Numbered from the stretch's first letter, positions 23,762 to 36,700 are shown. The stretch: 64,000 nt of DNA from Octopus sinensis (GCF_006345805.1 NC_043002.1:68696001-68760000); one strand, 5' to 3'. The notes: generated by a model from the sequence alone, not told the origin. A program made the numbers and translations.

Positions 23762-25767
23762 CAGCAGGTCTTCACAAGTGTCACAAGAAGGAAGGTATGC
23801 ACAGGTGGATCGACTACGTCCCAGTAGGGGCCATGGGATATGGCCTGACTAGTCCTGCCGGGTCCTCTCATGCACACACACTTCCATAGGACTCGGTCTT
23901 CAGTCATTTCCTTAGTGAGACCTAAAGTTCGAAGGTCGTGCTTCACCACCTCGTCCCAGGTTTTCCTGGGTCTACCTCTTCCACAGGTTCCCTCAACTGC
24001 TAGGTTGTAGCACTTTTGCACACAACTATCTTCAGCCATTCTCGTCACATGACCATACCAGCGCAGCCGTCTCTCTTGCACACCACAACTGACACTTCTT
24101 AGGTTCAACTTTTCTCTCAAAGTACTTACACTCTGACGATTATGAACACTGACATTACACATCCATCGGAGCATACTGGCTTCATTTCTTGCAAGCTTAC
24201 GCATATCCTCAGCTGTCACGGCCCATGTTTCACTACCATGTAGCATGGCTGTACGTACACACGCATCATATAGTCTGCCTTTTACTCTTAGCGAGAGACC
24301 TTTTGTCACCAGCAGGGGTAAGAGCTCTCTAAACTTTGCCCAGGCTATTCTTACTCTAGCAGTTACACTTTCAGCACACCCACCCCCGCTACTGACTTCT
24401 AGTTTGTCTCCCTGGAACGTGGTAGAAGTTGGACTCTGCACATTTCCAGTGTTTATTTCTCCTGAGCATCTGCCACAGACAAAAACTATTTTCTTAGTTA
24501 GCCTTCCTTTGACATTGCTGCACCTCTTATGTGTCCATAGCTTACACTTGGTGCACCTTATAGAGTTTCTACCTACACCTTTTTTACAGATCGAGCAGGG
24601 CCATCTACCTGAAGTCGTTTGTGGTTGGTCCACCTTCCTACTTATTAGGACTTTGGTTTTGGCTAGGTTGATTCTAAGGCCTTCGATTCTAATCCTTGTT
24701 TCCACCCTGAAACTTCTCCTCCAGTTCTGATAGTGACTCAGCAATTAGAGCAAGGTCATCAGCATATAGGAGCTCCCAGGGGCATCCTGTCTTAAATTCT
24801 TCCGTTATTGCCTGGAGGACTATGATAAATAGGAGGGGGCTGAGGACTGAACCTTGGTGGACCCCAACCTCTACCCGGAATTCTTCACTGTACTCTCGTT
24901 GCCAACCCTCACCTTACTAGCTGCGTCTCTGTACATGGCTCGCACAGCTCTCACTAACCATTCATCTATCCCTAGTTTCCTCATTGACCACCAGATAAGG
25001 GATCGGGGGACCCTGTCAAAGGCTTTCTCTAAGTCAACAAAAGCCAGGTACAAGGGCTTACCTTTGGCTAGGTATTTCTCCTGCAGCTGTCTTACCAGGA
25101 ATATAGCATCAGTAGTACTTTTCCCTGGCACGAACCCAAACTGCATATCATCTAAGCTAACTCTCTCTCTAATTAACTGGGCTATAACCCTCTCCGTAAC
25201 CTTCATTACCTGATCCAACAGCTTGATGCCCCTGTAGTTATTTGTATCTAGGGCATCGCCTTTACCTTTGTAGCAGTTGACTATTATGCTGCTACACCAG
25301 TCATTGGGTATGACTCCTTCGTGTATCACCTGGTTAACTATACGGGTGACTATGCTATAGCCGACACTACCAGATTTTGAGCATCTCTGCAGTAATTCCT
25401 GATGGGCCTGGGGCTTTCCCTGTCTTCATGCTTCTAATTGCCTTAGCTACCACGGAACTATCAACTCGGATAGCTGGTCCCTCTGTTGGGTCAACATTCG
25501 GCAGACTCTCTTTATCCCATTCATTTTCCTCATTCAGCAACCTTTCATAGTGGCGTCTCCAAGCTTCTCTCTTTGCATCCTCATTTAACGCAAGTGAACC
25601 ATCCTCCATGCGAACACATTTCTCTCCTACCACATCTCGATTCTCTCTCACACACTGTCTTGCAACACGAAATACCTCAAGTCTTTCATCCTCACGGCGC
25701 AGGACATTGGCAAATTTTCTTTTATCTGCTTCCCCTCTGGCTAGATAGACCTGTCTCCTAGCTTCCC

Positions 25768-25768
<1 letters not shown>
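23761..25768 (-). pseudogene. Frameshifted RTE reverse-transcriptase ORF remnant
   Basis: Supplied ORFs 25367-25873, 24871-25329 and 23761-24744 are consecutive pieces of one pol ORF. Confidence 0.9.
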
Positions 25769-25819
<51 letters not shown>

Positions 25820-25825
<6 letters not shown>

Positions 25826-26275
25826 CCTTTCTACTATAGACACAAGACCCAAAATTTTGTGGGGGGGAACCAATCAATTACAACAGCACCAGTGTTTCAC
25901 TGGTACTTAATTTATCAAACCTGAAAGGATGAAAGGCAAAGTTGATCTCAGCAAAATTTGAACTCAGAGTGTGTAGTAACAGGTGAAATACCACTAAGCA
26001 TTTTGCCCAGCGTGCTATCAGATCTGCTATCTCACCACCTTAACATAATGATAATAATAATGATAATCCCTTCTAATATAGGCACAAAGTTTGAAACTTT
26101 GGTGTAAGGAGTAAGCCGATTATATCAACCTCAGTGCTTATTTTATCGACCCCAAGAGGATGAAAGGTAAAGTCGACCTTGGCAGAACTTGAACTCAGAA
26201 CGCACAAGGCAGATGGAATACCGCAAAGCATTTTGCCTGATGTATTAAACAGTTTTGCCAGCTCACCGCCTTAAC
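25820..26275 (-). mobile_element. Two tandem tRNA SINEs with (ATT)n tails
   Basis: Reverse-complement B-box and GCCTTTCATCC blocks occur twice, separated by TAA repeats. Confidence 0.75.
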
Positions 26276-26339
26276 AATAGTAATAATAATGATAACAACA
26301 ACAACAACAACAACAACAACAATTATAATAATGATAATT

Positions 26340-26700
26340 ATAATAATAATTATACATACCGACAAAACTATAAAAGCTAATAAACCGGATATTATTATAA
26401 AAGATCAGAGAAAACAGGAGTATTTATTAATTGACATGAGTATTCCTTGTGATCACAATATAGTGGCGAAAGAATTTGACAAGATCAGTAAATACAAAGA
26501 CTTGCTAACAGAAATTGAAAAAATGTGGCATCTCAAGGTGACTACAGTACCAGTGATTGTAGGATCTCTAGGAATGATAAAAAAAAGGTACTGAAGCCTA
26601 TTTGAAAATGATACCAAGCTTACCATCCCAACAGGAAATGCAAAAAATCATGCTAACTGGAATGACTCATGTACTGAGAAGAGAATTATCACTGTGAAAA
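26340..26700 (+). mobile_element. R4/Dong-like LINE 3' fragment (restriction-like endonuclease)
   Basis: HTDKTIKANKPDIIIKD...LLIDMSIP...KYKDL...VPVIVGSLG; within (TAA)n. Confidence 0.85.
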
Positions 26701-26866
26701 TAACATCCATTCATGAATTTATTTATTCATTAATTTTTTTAAAATACATATATTACCTGTGAATTTTCGTGTGTAATCTGGGAATGCATACAATGAGTTT
26801 CTCTGCGCTAGGTGTACAGAAAATACTCGGTGAGAAATGAAAGAAAATTTGAAGAAAGAAGGAAAA

Positions 26867-26899
<33 letters not shown>

Positions 26900-26900
<1 letters not shown>

Positions 26901-27243
26901 TCATTCTTTTATTAGCCACAAGGGCTTACATAAAACAACATAAAATGACATGACACAACATAAAAGACAACACAGGATGGCACAAAGGGTTTTAAAATGT
27001 GTAAACAATAAAAAAAACAATAATAATTAAGCAATAAAATCTCCCAATAGTGGGGAGGCGCTTTGAGGCTCCTTGTCGAAAATCCCACAAAAGCCATGGG
27101 TACCTAATCAACAGGGTAAGAGCCCTTCTTAAATTTCTTCAAAGGTGTATGCTCAGAATTGGTCCTTTCACACTGGCTAGTCTTCCAGCATTCACCCAGC
27201 TTTCGACAAACTTGCTACAGGGCAATACTTCTCTCCCCACCCT
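26900..27243 (-). mobile_element. L1/Tx1-like LINE 3' end
   Basis: RVGREVLPCSKFVESWVNAGRLASVKGPILSIHL*, then a T/G-rich UTR ending GCCCTTGTGGCTAATAAAAG. Confidence 0.55.
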
Positions 27244-27304
27244 CAATGATGATGATAATAATGATGATGATGAGGAGGAGAGGAGGAGGACAGAAGTTCA
27301 GCAC

Positions 27305-27322
27305 AGAATAAGAATAATAATA

Positions 27323-27415
<93 letters not shown>

Positions 27416-27484
27416 TGATGATGATGATGATGATGATAATAATAATAATAATAATTATAATAATAATTATAATAATAATAATAA
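27305..27484. repeat. Compound (TAA)n/(TGA)n microsatellite
   Basis: Directly visible. Confidence 0.95.
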
Positions 27485-28149
27485 CTGCAGAATATGTGGA
27501 GATGGACAAGAAACAATAAATCATATTATCTCTAGCTGCCCAGTCCTGGCTAAGAAGGAATATATTCACAGACATGACAGAGTTGGAACCTACATACATT
27601 GGAAGCTATGCCAACATTATGGAATAACAACAGAAAAAAGATGGTATAGGCACACACCAGAAAAGGTCACAGAAAACGAGAAAGCAACCATACTCTGGGA
27701 TATGCCGATACACACAGATAGAGAAATTAAGGCCAACAGACCAGATATAGTTGTCAGAGATCATGAAGAAAAAAAATGCTTTCTAATTGATGTATCAATA
27801 CCGGCTGATGACAACGTGTCTCTAAAAGAAATGGAGAAACTCTCAAAATACAAAGACCTGGAAATAGAGGTAACTAGAATGTGGAATCTGAAAACAGAAA
27901 CAATTCCTATCATAGTAGGTGCATTAGGCATGATAAAAAAATATTCAGACAAATACATAACAAAAACACCAGGACTTACAAACACATATAACATACAGAA
28001 AATTGCACTACTAGGCACTGCACACATCCTACGCAGAACACTTTCCATACAATAACCATCAGAGCATCACAACAAATCACAGCACATACCCAAGGCACAC
28101 AGAGCTGCGCTCGGTAGTGAAGTGAAAGCACGCTATAAAAATAAAACTA

Positions 28150-28150
<1 letters not shown>
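27484..28150 (+). mobile_element. R4/Dong-like LINE 3' fragment with CCHC finger and RLE, stop-free
   Basis: CRICGDGQETINHIISSCP...WDMPIHTDREIKANRPDIVV...LIDVSIP...KLSKYKDL...LLGTAHILRRTL*; short 3' UTR; (TAA)n on both sides. Confidence 0.9.
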
Positions 28151-28186
<36 letters not shown>

Positions 28187-28420
28187 TTAATGAGTGTAGT
28201 GTTTTTATATATTTGTATATATATATATATATATATACATTAGATTTCCCTTGGGGGCTGCCCAGGTCGGAGCAATCTCAAGATTAATCAGCCGAAATTG
28301 CGAAGACGACCCAGTTCTTGACTGATGATTGAGGGCTTTGAATGTCCCATCCTGTGTTTCTTGTGTTGTCTTCTAGGTGTTTCACGTTCTTGTCCCAGTT
28401 TGTATATATTTTATTACTTT

Positions 28421-28478
<58 letters not shown>

Positions 28479-28899
28479 TATGTATTTGTCCAGAATCATG
28501 CCAGATGTGGAGGTGGAGAGAAAATAGTAATTCGGTGAAGAAGTTGTGAGAGTAATAGCCCAGACTGAGAGGAAGTGAGAGAAAGTAATAGCAATGAGAG
28601 AAAGGAAGGGGTGGTGGATGAATAAAGAAGGAAGGGGTGAAAAAAATCAGCGTTTCAACTCTGTGTGAGTATATGTGAGTATATGTGTGTGTATGTGTGT
28701 TTGCATGAAAAGGGAAGTATGTGAATGTTTGTATCTGTGATTATTATGTACCTTATTTTGTACCTTATTCATATATAAAATACTACAATTAGCCATCATT
28801 TTTGATGGCATGTGGTCAGCTAAATATTAATAATAATGAAATTATTGTGCATATTGCTCAGGTGCCCTACAACTCATCAAAGGGGCATGTACAGTACAT

Positions 28900-29370
28900 A
28901 GAATTATGTACAACAGTCAGGAAAGTGAACAGTGTATGAATCATGATATACATGTGTGCATGTGTATGGTGGATGGGATATCAGGTATAGTGTTGGCGAA
29001 TTTCAGGAAGCATGGAGGTTTTAAAGAATACAATGTCTCAGCAACTAACAACTGATGTGGGTAGTTTGTTCCATGTTTTAGCAACTCTGAGTGTGAAAAA
29101 ATGCTTCCGAAAGTCGTAGGAGCTGTGCTGTTTTCTGTCTTTGTAGGCATGCTCACATGTGTCTAACACATGTGGGCATGCCACCTCAAAAAGGTGTTCA
29201 AGGTGTTCATGGTTGTTGGCACGATGGTTAATAATTTTGTGGGTGTTTACTAAATCAGTTGCCAGACATTAGAGCTTCACTGTATCTATGCCCAGATCTG
29301 TATGTAAAGAATGTAAAGATCTGGAACAGATGGTGCTAAGACATTTTGTCTGATGCTCTAATGATTCTGC
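28900..29370 (-). mobile_element. Degenerate CR1 LINE 3' end
   Basis: RKHFFTLRVAKTWNKLPTSVV motif. Confidence 0.75.
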
Positions 29371-29874
29371 AAGCTTACCACCATTATAATTGCTTCAAAT
29401 TTTGAAAGAAGACCAGCAATTTTAGTGGGAGGGCATTAGTTGATACCGTCAGTTCCAGTGTATGACTGAAGATCTACTCTTCATTCATAGTTGTGTGGTT
29501 TGCAGAAGGAAGGATATCCAGCTGTAAAAATGATGTGAAATCAAGAAATTATATTTGAAATACAAAAATAATAGTTGAAAGATGGTACAAAAGTCACAGT
29601 CTTCGCTATATGGTAAGGAGTTTGCTTCTCAAGCACAGGGTTTTCGGTTCAGTCATACTGCACAGTACCTTGTGAAAGTGTCTTCTACTGTATGCTTCAG
29701 TTGACAGAGCCTTGTGAGTGGATTTGGTAGACAGAAACTGAAAAAAGCTTGTTTATTTAATTTATTGATTTTTTTAATAATATTTATTATAGTATATTTA
29801 AATTTTTTTCTATTTAATATGGATAATGTCTTTCACTATTGAATTGCTTAATAGAGGTTATTTCTCTTAATTAT

Positions 29875-29925
<51 letters not shown>

Positions 29926-30312
29926 TATATATGTGTATATATATATATATTGTCAATTTTTTAATTGATAAATAATAATTTATTAATTACCTATTTTCTC
30001 ATCTTATTATTATGATAAATAAATATGTATATAAACCACTGTTTATATAGTTACCTTGCAGTTGAGTATTAAATATAATGTTCAACGTTCTTTGTATAGG
30101 TAACTAACCTGTACTTTCATAGGATTTTGCTATCCCTGAATGAGATTTGCAACCTTTTATTGTGCTATATATATATACACACATGTGTGTGTGTGTGCGT
30201 GCGCATGCATGCATGTGTATTTGCTTGTTTGTCCCCACCACCACTGATTTGTTTATGTTCCCATAAGTTAGCGGTGCAGCAACAGAGACTGATAGAATAT
30301 GTACCAGAAAAG

Positions 30313-30659
30313 TACTGGGAGGGGGTGGGGGTGGGGTGATTCATTCAATTAAAAATTCTACGAGGTGGTATCCCAGCCTAACTGTGGTCTAATAACTGAA
30401 ACAAGTAAAAGATACGTGAGTGGCTCATTTCTTATTTGAAGAATATATATTATTATGCTGATTTGCTAGCTTAAGTCATAACACTACTGGGAGGGGGTGG
30501 GGGTGGGGTGATTCATTCAATTAAAAATTCTACGAGGTGGTATCCCAGCCTAACTGTGGTCTAATAACTGAAACAAGTAAAAGATACGTGAGTGGCTCAT
30601 TTCTTATTTGAAGAATATATATTATTATGCTGATTTGCTAGCTTAAGTCATAACACTAC
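30313..30659. repeat. Perfect 172-bp tandem duplication
   Basis: TACTGGGAGG at 30313 and 30485; TAC microhomology at the junction. Confidence 0.95.
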
Positions 30660-32316
30660 CAAATGCTCATTCCAGTTTTTTATTTGAGCTTTCAAAGCAA
30701 TAATATTCATATCCCTCATTTAAGTTCTTTGCATTGCTCTAAGTTTTATTCCAATGTTATCCCTAACAAATTTGACGATTTTTTTTTCTTCTTAAAGGGA
30801 ATTATAGAATGGAAAATGTAGCAGCAGCATTTAGTAGTTTAGTTAATAAATACATCAAAAATCTATTCATCAAAGGGTGTTCATGCTTTGAAATTCACAG
30901 CTGCTTGTAGCACTTGTAATATCTTCTACATATATACAAAACTATTGTAACTGTAAATCTTATTATAAATGAGTTAATCTGCTCAAGAGAAACAGCTGCT
31001 GACAGATGCAAAATATAATTGCAAACACATATAAAAGGATTCAGTTTTAAATGAATTAAAGTAAAAGCATAACATGTCTAATACTTGCAATATCTTGTAC
31101 ATTTTTGTAACTCTTGTAATATCTACATATGTGCAAAACTTTTTGCGACAGTAAATATTTTTGGTGATTGAACTATTCAAGAGAACAACTGCCAACACAA
31201 CACATTAATTGCTAACTCATAAAATTATTCCGATTTAAATGAGTTAAAGGAAAATGCATACTACACATAAAAGAAAAGTATTTTGAATTTAATTATTTCA
31301 ATTAATTTTGTTACCAGTGAAATTTTGAATGCTTCTAGAGTTTATTTTTTTTTAGCTGAGAAGGAATTCTGTATAAACTGTGATGAAAGGATCACATTTT
31401 CTATCTGGTACACAACAGAAATATTCAGATTCTTTCAGTAATTCCACAGAGTGTTGGCATAGTGACAGAATAAGATGGAGTAAACCAGTCACGTGTATGT
31501 GTGTACAAAGACATGTTTATACACAAAAAATTCCTCACTGACATAGGTTAACAGTAGAGAGAAGAAGAGGACAGCCAGGAAAAGAATGAAAGAATGAGTA
31601 AACATAAACATTTATGTAGAATTTCAGACAGAATAGGAGAATGATATTTGATGAAGTGGACTGATAAAAAGAGTGAAGGAGAAAAACAAAATACTTATGA
31701 TGAACAGATTCATAAATAAATCAGACAAGCAGATTGTTATATACTTAGAAACATGTAAATGTGTAAACGACAACCCACCTACTGAGTTTTTACCATACAA
31801 AATCCACACGAGACCAATGTAATAAATCAGAAATAGACTTGCAGCAGAATAATCAGTAATATTATGATAAATGAGGAAGACAGGCATAGCTGCTGATATC
31901 ATGCAGGAAATTTCATTAAAATCTACTTAATTTAGAGAAAATAATGATATGTTTTTATTATTAAAGCAAAAAAAAAAAAAGAAAAAGAAAAGTAACATTA
32001 CTGCGCCACAGTGTTGTCATTGTAAATAGAACTAAAAAACGGCTTTTTTGTCAGTACTGTTATGGTACCAAAATGAAGTAGCAAATTGGATTCTTGAAAA
32101 TAATATGTAGCAACATACTTTCTTTCATGGCATGCGTCTGACACTGATTTCACCCAGTCTGCAATGGTCATTTCCCTGAGTTCAAATCATGCCAAGGTCA
32201 GCTTTGCTTTTTATCCCTCCAGGTTCAATAAAATAAAGTACCAATCAAGTACTGGGACTGATGATATTGATTGACGTCTTCCTCCTAAAACTTCTAGCCT
32301 TGTGCCGAAATTTGAA

Positions 32317-32368
<52 letters not shown>

Positions 32369-32589
32369 TTATTATTATTATTATTGTTATCTTTTTTTTT
32401 CTTCTTTCAAATTTGCTTCCATTTCTTGCCGAGTGTCTTCCCGACTCCTAGGGCAAAGAAACTCATAGTATACATTGGTAGGCCATTAAACTAAACTCAC
32501 TAGTTCATTCATTTTTTATATTTTTAAATTTTTATTTTATTATTATTATTATTATTATTGTTGTTGTTGTTATTATTGTTATTATTATT

Positions 32590-32880
32590 ATTATATGAAA
32601 ACTCACAGCTTATTTTGCTGGGTATGATAGAAAGTGTCAGCTGTCCACCAGCAGACTCAGAGGACACTTGTTTACTGGTCATGCTTCAAGAACCCTGTGA
32701 AGAATTCTTGCAGTTCCAAGCAATGCTGATTTTTGTAGGTGTTCTACCTTCACATTTGCACCAATCTTTTTCAGCCATGCTGGTAGTTGAGTGCTGATAC
32801 TTCCAAGTGCACCACTTATTGGTATCACGTCTACTCTTTTCCACAACCTTCGTATTTCCCACTTTAAATTGTCATAGTAG
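32590..32880 (-). mobile_element. R4/Dong-like LINE 3' fragment
   Basis: YDNLKWEIRRLWKRVDVIPISGALG...LQKSALLGTARILHRVL*; flanked by TAA/ATT repeats. Confidence 0.85.
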
Positions 32881-32914
32881 TTTATTTTTTCTTTATTGTT
32901 ATTATTATTATTAA

Positions 32915-33121
32915 GGCTTAAAGCTGGCAGAATCGTTAGCACACTGGATGAAATGCTGAGCAGTATTTTGCCCGTCGCTATGTTCTGAGTTCAAATTCCA
33001 CCAAGGTCAACTTTGCCTTTCATCCTTTCGGGGTCAATAAATTAAGTACCAGTCAAGTACTGGGGTCAATGTGATCGATTGTCTCAATCCCTACAAAAAT
33101 TCAGGCCTTGTGCCTATAGTA

Positions 33122-33172
<51 letters not shown>

Positions 33173-33690
33173 ACATGGCAAGCTGGCAGAATCGTTAGCA
33201 CACTGGATGAAATGTTGAGCGGTATTTCGCCCGTCGCTACGTTCTGAGTTCAAATTCCACCAAGGTCGATTTTGCCTTTCATCCTTTCAGGGTCAATAGA
33301 TTAAGTAACAGTCAAGTACTAAGGTTGATGTGATCGACTTACCTCCTTCCCTCAAAATTTCAGGCCTTGTACCTACAATAGAAAGGATTATGATTATTAT
33401 AATGTGGCGAGCTAGCAAAATCATTAGCATGCCAGGTAATATGCTTAATGGTATTTTGTCCATCATTATGTTATGAGTTCAAATTCCACTGAGGTCAACT
33501 TTGTCTTTCATCCTTTTGGGTCAATAAATCAAGTACCAGCAAAACACTGGGGTCAATGTAATCGACTAGTCCCCTCCCCCCAAATTTCAAGCCTTGTGCC
33601 TATAGTAGAAAGGATTATTATTATTATTATTAAAATGCAACTTCCCCATCCTCCCAAATTGCTGGCCTTGTGCCAAAATTGAAACCATTA
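32915..33690 (+). mobile_element. Head-to-tail cluster of three tRNA SINEs
   Basis: GCTGGCAGAATCGTTAGC-type heads at ~32920, ~33178 and ~33405, each after (ATT)n. Confidence 0.85.
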
Positions 33691-33949
33691 TTATTGCAGC
33701 TGTTGTTGTTGTTACTGTTATTGTGTTGTTGTTGTTGTTGTTATCCATGTTGTTATACTGTTACATGTTATCCATGTTGTAACGGGCTTAGTTACATTTC
33801 TTATCAGATTGCAACCTATGATCTCACATGAGAAGCATTCATGTTCTCATCTGGGATTAAAGTCTTTCCATGTTGTTTGTATCTGTTTTTGCATTGTATT
33901 GTGTCTCTAAGGAAACAATTTTTCTGCACGCATACATGTGTGAATGTGC

Positions 33950-34038
<89 letters not shown>

Positions 34039-34269
34039 TTCCACTGCCTTCTTGCCTTGACATCAGATGATAGCTTGTGAGTGTCACTGTCATTCAGAAA
34101 GTATCCTCCATTTCCAAACTTCCATGAAAACATGTCCAGTCATGGAGAAATATTACCTTGCTTGGGAACAAGCGAGGGTTGGTGACAGGAAGGGCATCCT
34201 TTGATAGAAAATCTACCTCAACAAATTCTGTCTGATTCATGCAAGCATGGACATTAAAATGATGATGGT

Positions 34270-36110
34270 CAAGTCACCCTCTCCATTGAGGCACTGACAG
34301 CTTTTGAGTCCACCAAGAAGGATTTAGCTTCTGTTCCTTTGCTTGCACATCCTGTTCCTGGTGCTTCTCTCTCTTTAACTGTAGATGCATCGGGCATAAT
34401 GATTGGTGCTGTGTTGCAACACACAGTGGACGATCGTACTTGACCTCTGGCTTCCTTTCTCACCAACTGCAACCAGCTGAGTGACGATACAACACTTTTG
34501 ATCGTGAGCTCCTAGCAATCTATCTATCGGTTCATCATTTCCAGCATCAACTCAAAGGTCAAGATTTTGTGATCTATACTGATTACAAGCCTCTTACGTT
34601 TGCCCTGTCATCTAAAACGGACAAACTCTCACCTTGTGCTTTCCATCACCTGGATTTTATTTCACAATATACCAGTGACATTTGTCATATACCTGGAAAA
34701 GAGAATGTTCCTGCTGACGCTCATTCTCGCCTTCCAGTCTGTTCTCTTTCGTCTCCTGCTGCAATTGACTTAACTGCCATTTCTCAGGATAAGCCACCTT
34801 TGGCGATGTTAGACTTAACTTCGCCTAAGTTCTCCTGTTGCCAGTTTGCCTATCTTCCACTTCGGTCAGCTGAAGGTACTATTCTTTGTGATACTTCCAC
34901 TGGTTCTCCCAGGCCACTTGTGCCTGAGAATCATCAACGCTCAATGTTTGAAGCACTGCACTCCGTATCACATCCTGGTATCACTGCTACCCTTAAACTT
35001 ATCACTGCTCGTTTTTTCTGGCCGAATATGTGCCACACTATTACCTCTTGGACATGCACTTGCTCCAAGTGCCAGCAGTCCAAGATTCAATGGCACATTC
35101 GTGCCCCCCTTGGACACTTTCCTCCTACGGAGGCCAGTTTTCGCCATGTTCACATTGAACTGGTTGGACCATGGCCTGTGAGTCATGGGTTTTCTTATCT
35201 TTTAACCTGTGTCAAGAGCTTCTCCTGTTGGCCAGAAGCCATTCCAATAGCAGATATTTCTGCTGAGTCTGTTGCTCGAGCTTTGTTTCTAACTGGATTT
35301 CCCGTTTCGGAGTTCCGTCCAGATTAACTACTGATCGTGGACGTCAGTTTGAAGCTTCGTTATTTCGTGAATTGTCACGTATTCTAGGTGTGCATCCCAT
35401 TCACACTACCAGTTATCATCCAGCTTCTAATGGATTAGTTGAACGGTCCCATACACAGCTCAAGGCCGCTCTTTGTGCCTCTGCAGATCCACAGTCTTGG
35501 ACTGAATTTCTGCCAATTGTGCTTCTTGGTTGTCGTACTGCGGTCAAGGCAGACCTGGGTTTTTCTTCTTCAGAGCTACTGTATGGTACCACACTGGCAT
35601 TGCCTGGTACGATGTTGGTGCCAGACACTTCACAGCTCCATAATCCAGCGTCTTATGTCCCCAGACTTCGTACTTATTTTTGAAATCTTCTGCCCATGGT
35701 TTCCAGGGAACAATCTCCACCCTCTCATGTCCCACTGGATATGGACTCTTGGTCGCATGTTTTTGTTCAAGATGACTCTGTCAAGGGACCTCTTGTTTCT
35801 CCTTATAAAGGACACTTCTGTGTGCTTTCTCGCACGCCTAAAGTTTTCACCATCAAGATGAATGGTCGTACGGGGGCCATTTCTGTGGACCAACTAAAAA
35901 AAGCATATTTTGAGGTGTCTACATCTTTCGATGACACTGCTGCCACACCCACCTATGCTCCTTTGACAACACATTCACCTACACAGACACCTTTGCCTCT
36001 ACCAACGCCACCTTCATTGTTGAAAAGTGCCCCGAGCAAACCTTATTTTATCAGATCAGGTAGAACTGTTCACTGGCCCAAGAAACTTTCAAAAACAATT
36101 TATATTTGAC
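34270..36110 (+). mobile_element. Degenerate Ty3/Gypsy RNase H-integrase region, no LTR seen
   Basis: LTVDAS, IYTDYKPL, HLDFISQY, NVPADAHSR, HHCC finger, TDRGRQF, TTSYHPASNGLVERSH, terminal RSGRTVHWP. Confidence 0.95.
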
Positions 36111-36185
36111 ATTCTCTTTTTCTCCTAGTCAATTTCATATTTTACTCTTGGACATTTTGATAAGAAAAGAAAACAACTTTGTGCA

Positions 36186-36189
<4 letters not shown>

Positions 36190-36219
<30 letters not shown>

Positions 36220-36700
36220 TTGCATTCACAGTTATTTGTGTTGCCATATTGTGTGCCACATCTTCTGGGTGATCGGTAGCCATCTTGTTTTCTGGAGCCA
36301 CTACAATCTTCTGTTTCGTGCTTCCGCACTTGAAGGGGAGCCTTGTAGTGATGCCATTTTGGAAATCTTCAGCACGCATGCACAGAGTTTGGATTCTTCC
36401 GGGAGGCCTGCCGGAAGTTCCCTCCTGCACATGCGCAGAAAACTAGCAGCAGCAAAATTCCCCATGTATCGATCTCTCTCGAATGCTGACAGCCGAACAG
36501 GACGGTCATGTTGCAGCAGCCCTCCCAAGTAGCCACCTCGTGGTGTTGCTACACTATGCTTGAATGGACAGAATTTGGCTCACTCCACTTGACTACTGCG
36601 ACGAGATCCTAGGCTGCTGATTTGTCCTGAAGAAGAATGTATATATTGCGAATCCAGAAATAAAAATATCTATGCTGTTGAAGTTATTGGAAGTCTTGGC
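36190..36700 (-). mobile_element. GC-rich unclassified element, possibly the 5' region of a non-LTR retrotransposon
   Basis: CpG-rich stretch abutting (ATT)n; short ORF MQEGTSGRPPG... cut by the microsatellite; no diagnostic domain. Confidence 0.3.

Larger units (their letters stand above)
21290..25768 (-). mobile_element. 5'-truncated RTE-clade LINE with expanded 3' UTR
   Basis: RT motifs YRGIKLL, QFGF, AFVDLEKAFD, GVHQGS, LYADD (24755-24766); C-terminal LRWYGHV...GRGRPRKTW; 3' GGCGTTAGGAAGGGCATCC block; (ATG)n tail. Confidence 0.95.

Noticed and set aside
28250-28330. Hammerhead-like GGCTG...CAGCCGAAATTGCG
   Set aside because: No core upstream of the stem; the nearby CTGATGA lies on the wrong side.
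36110-36190. Gypsy PPT and 3' LTR
   Set aside because: No polypurine tract or TG...CA repeat found after the integrase stop.
36540-36640. HDV-like ribozyme (AUCUCGUCGCAGUAGUC, minus strand)
   Set aside because: A P4-like helix is visible, but P1 and P3 partners and the GG of P1.1 could not be assigned. A descriptor search on the consensus would be decisive.
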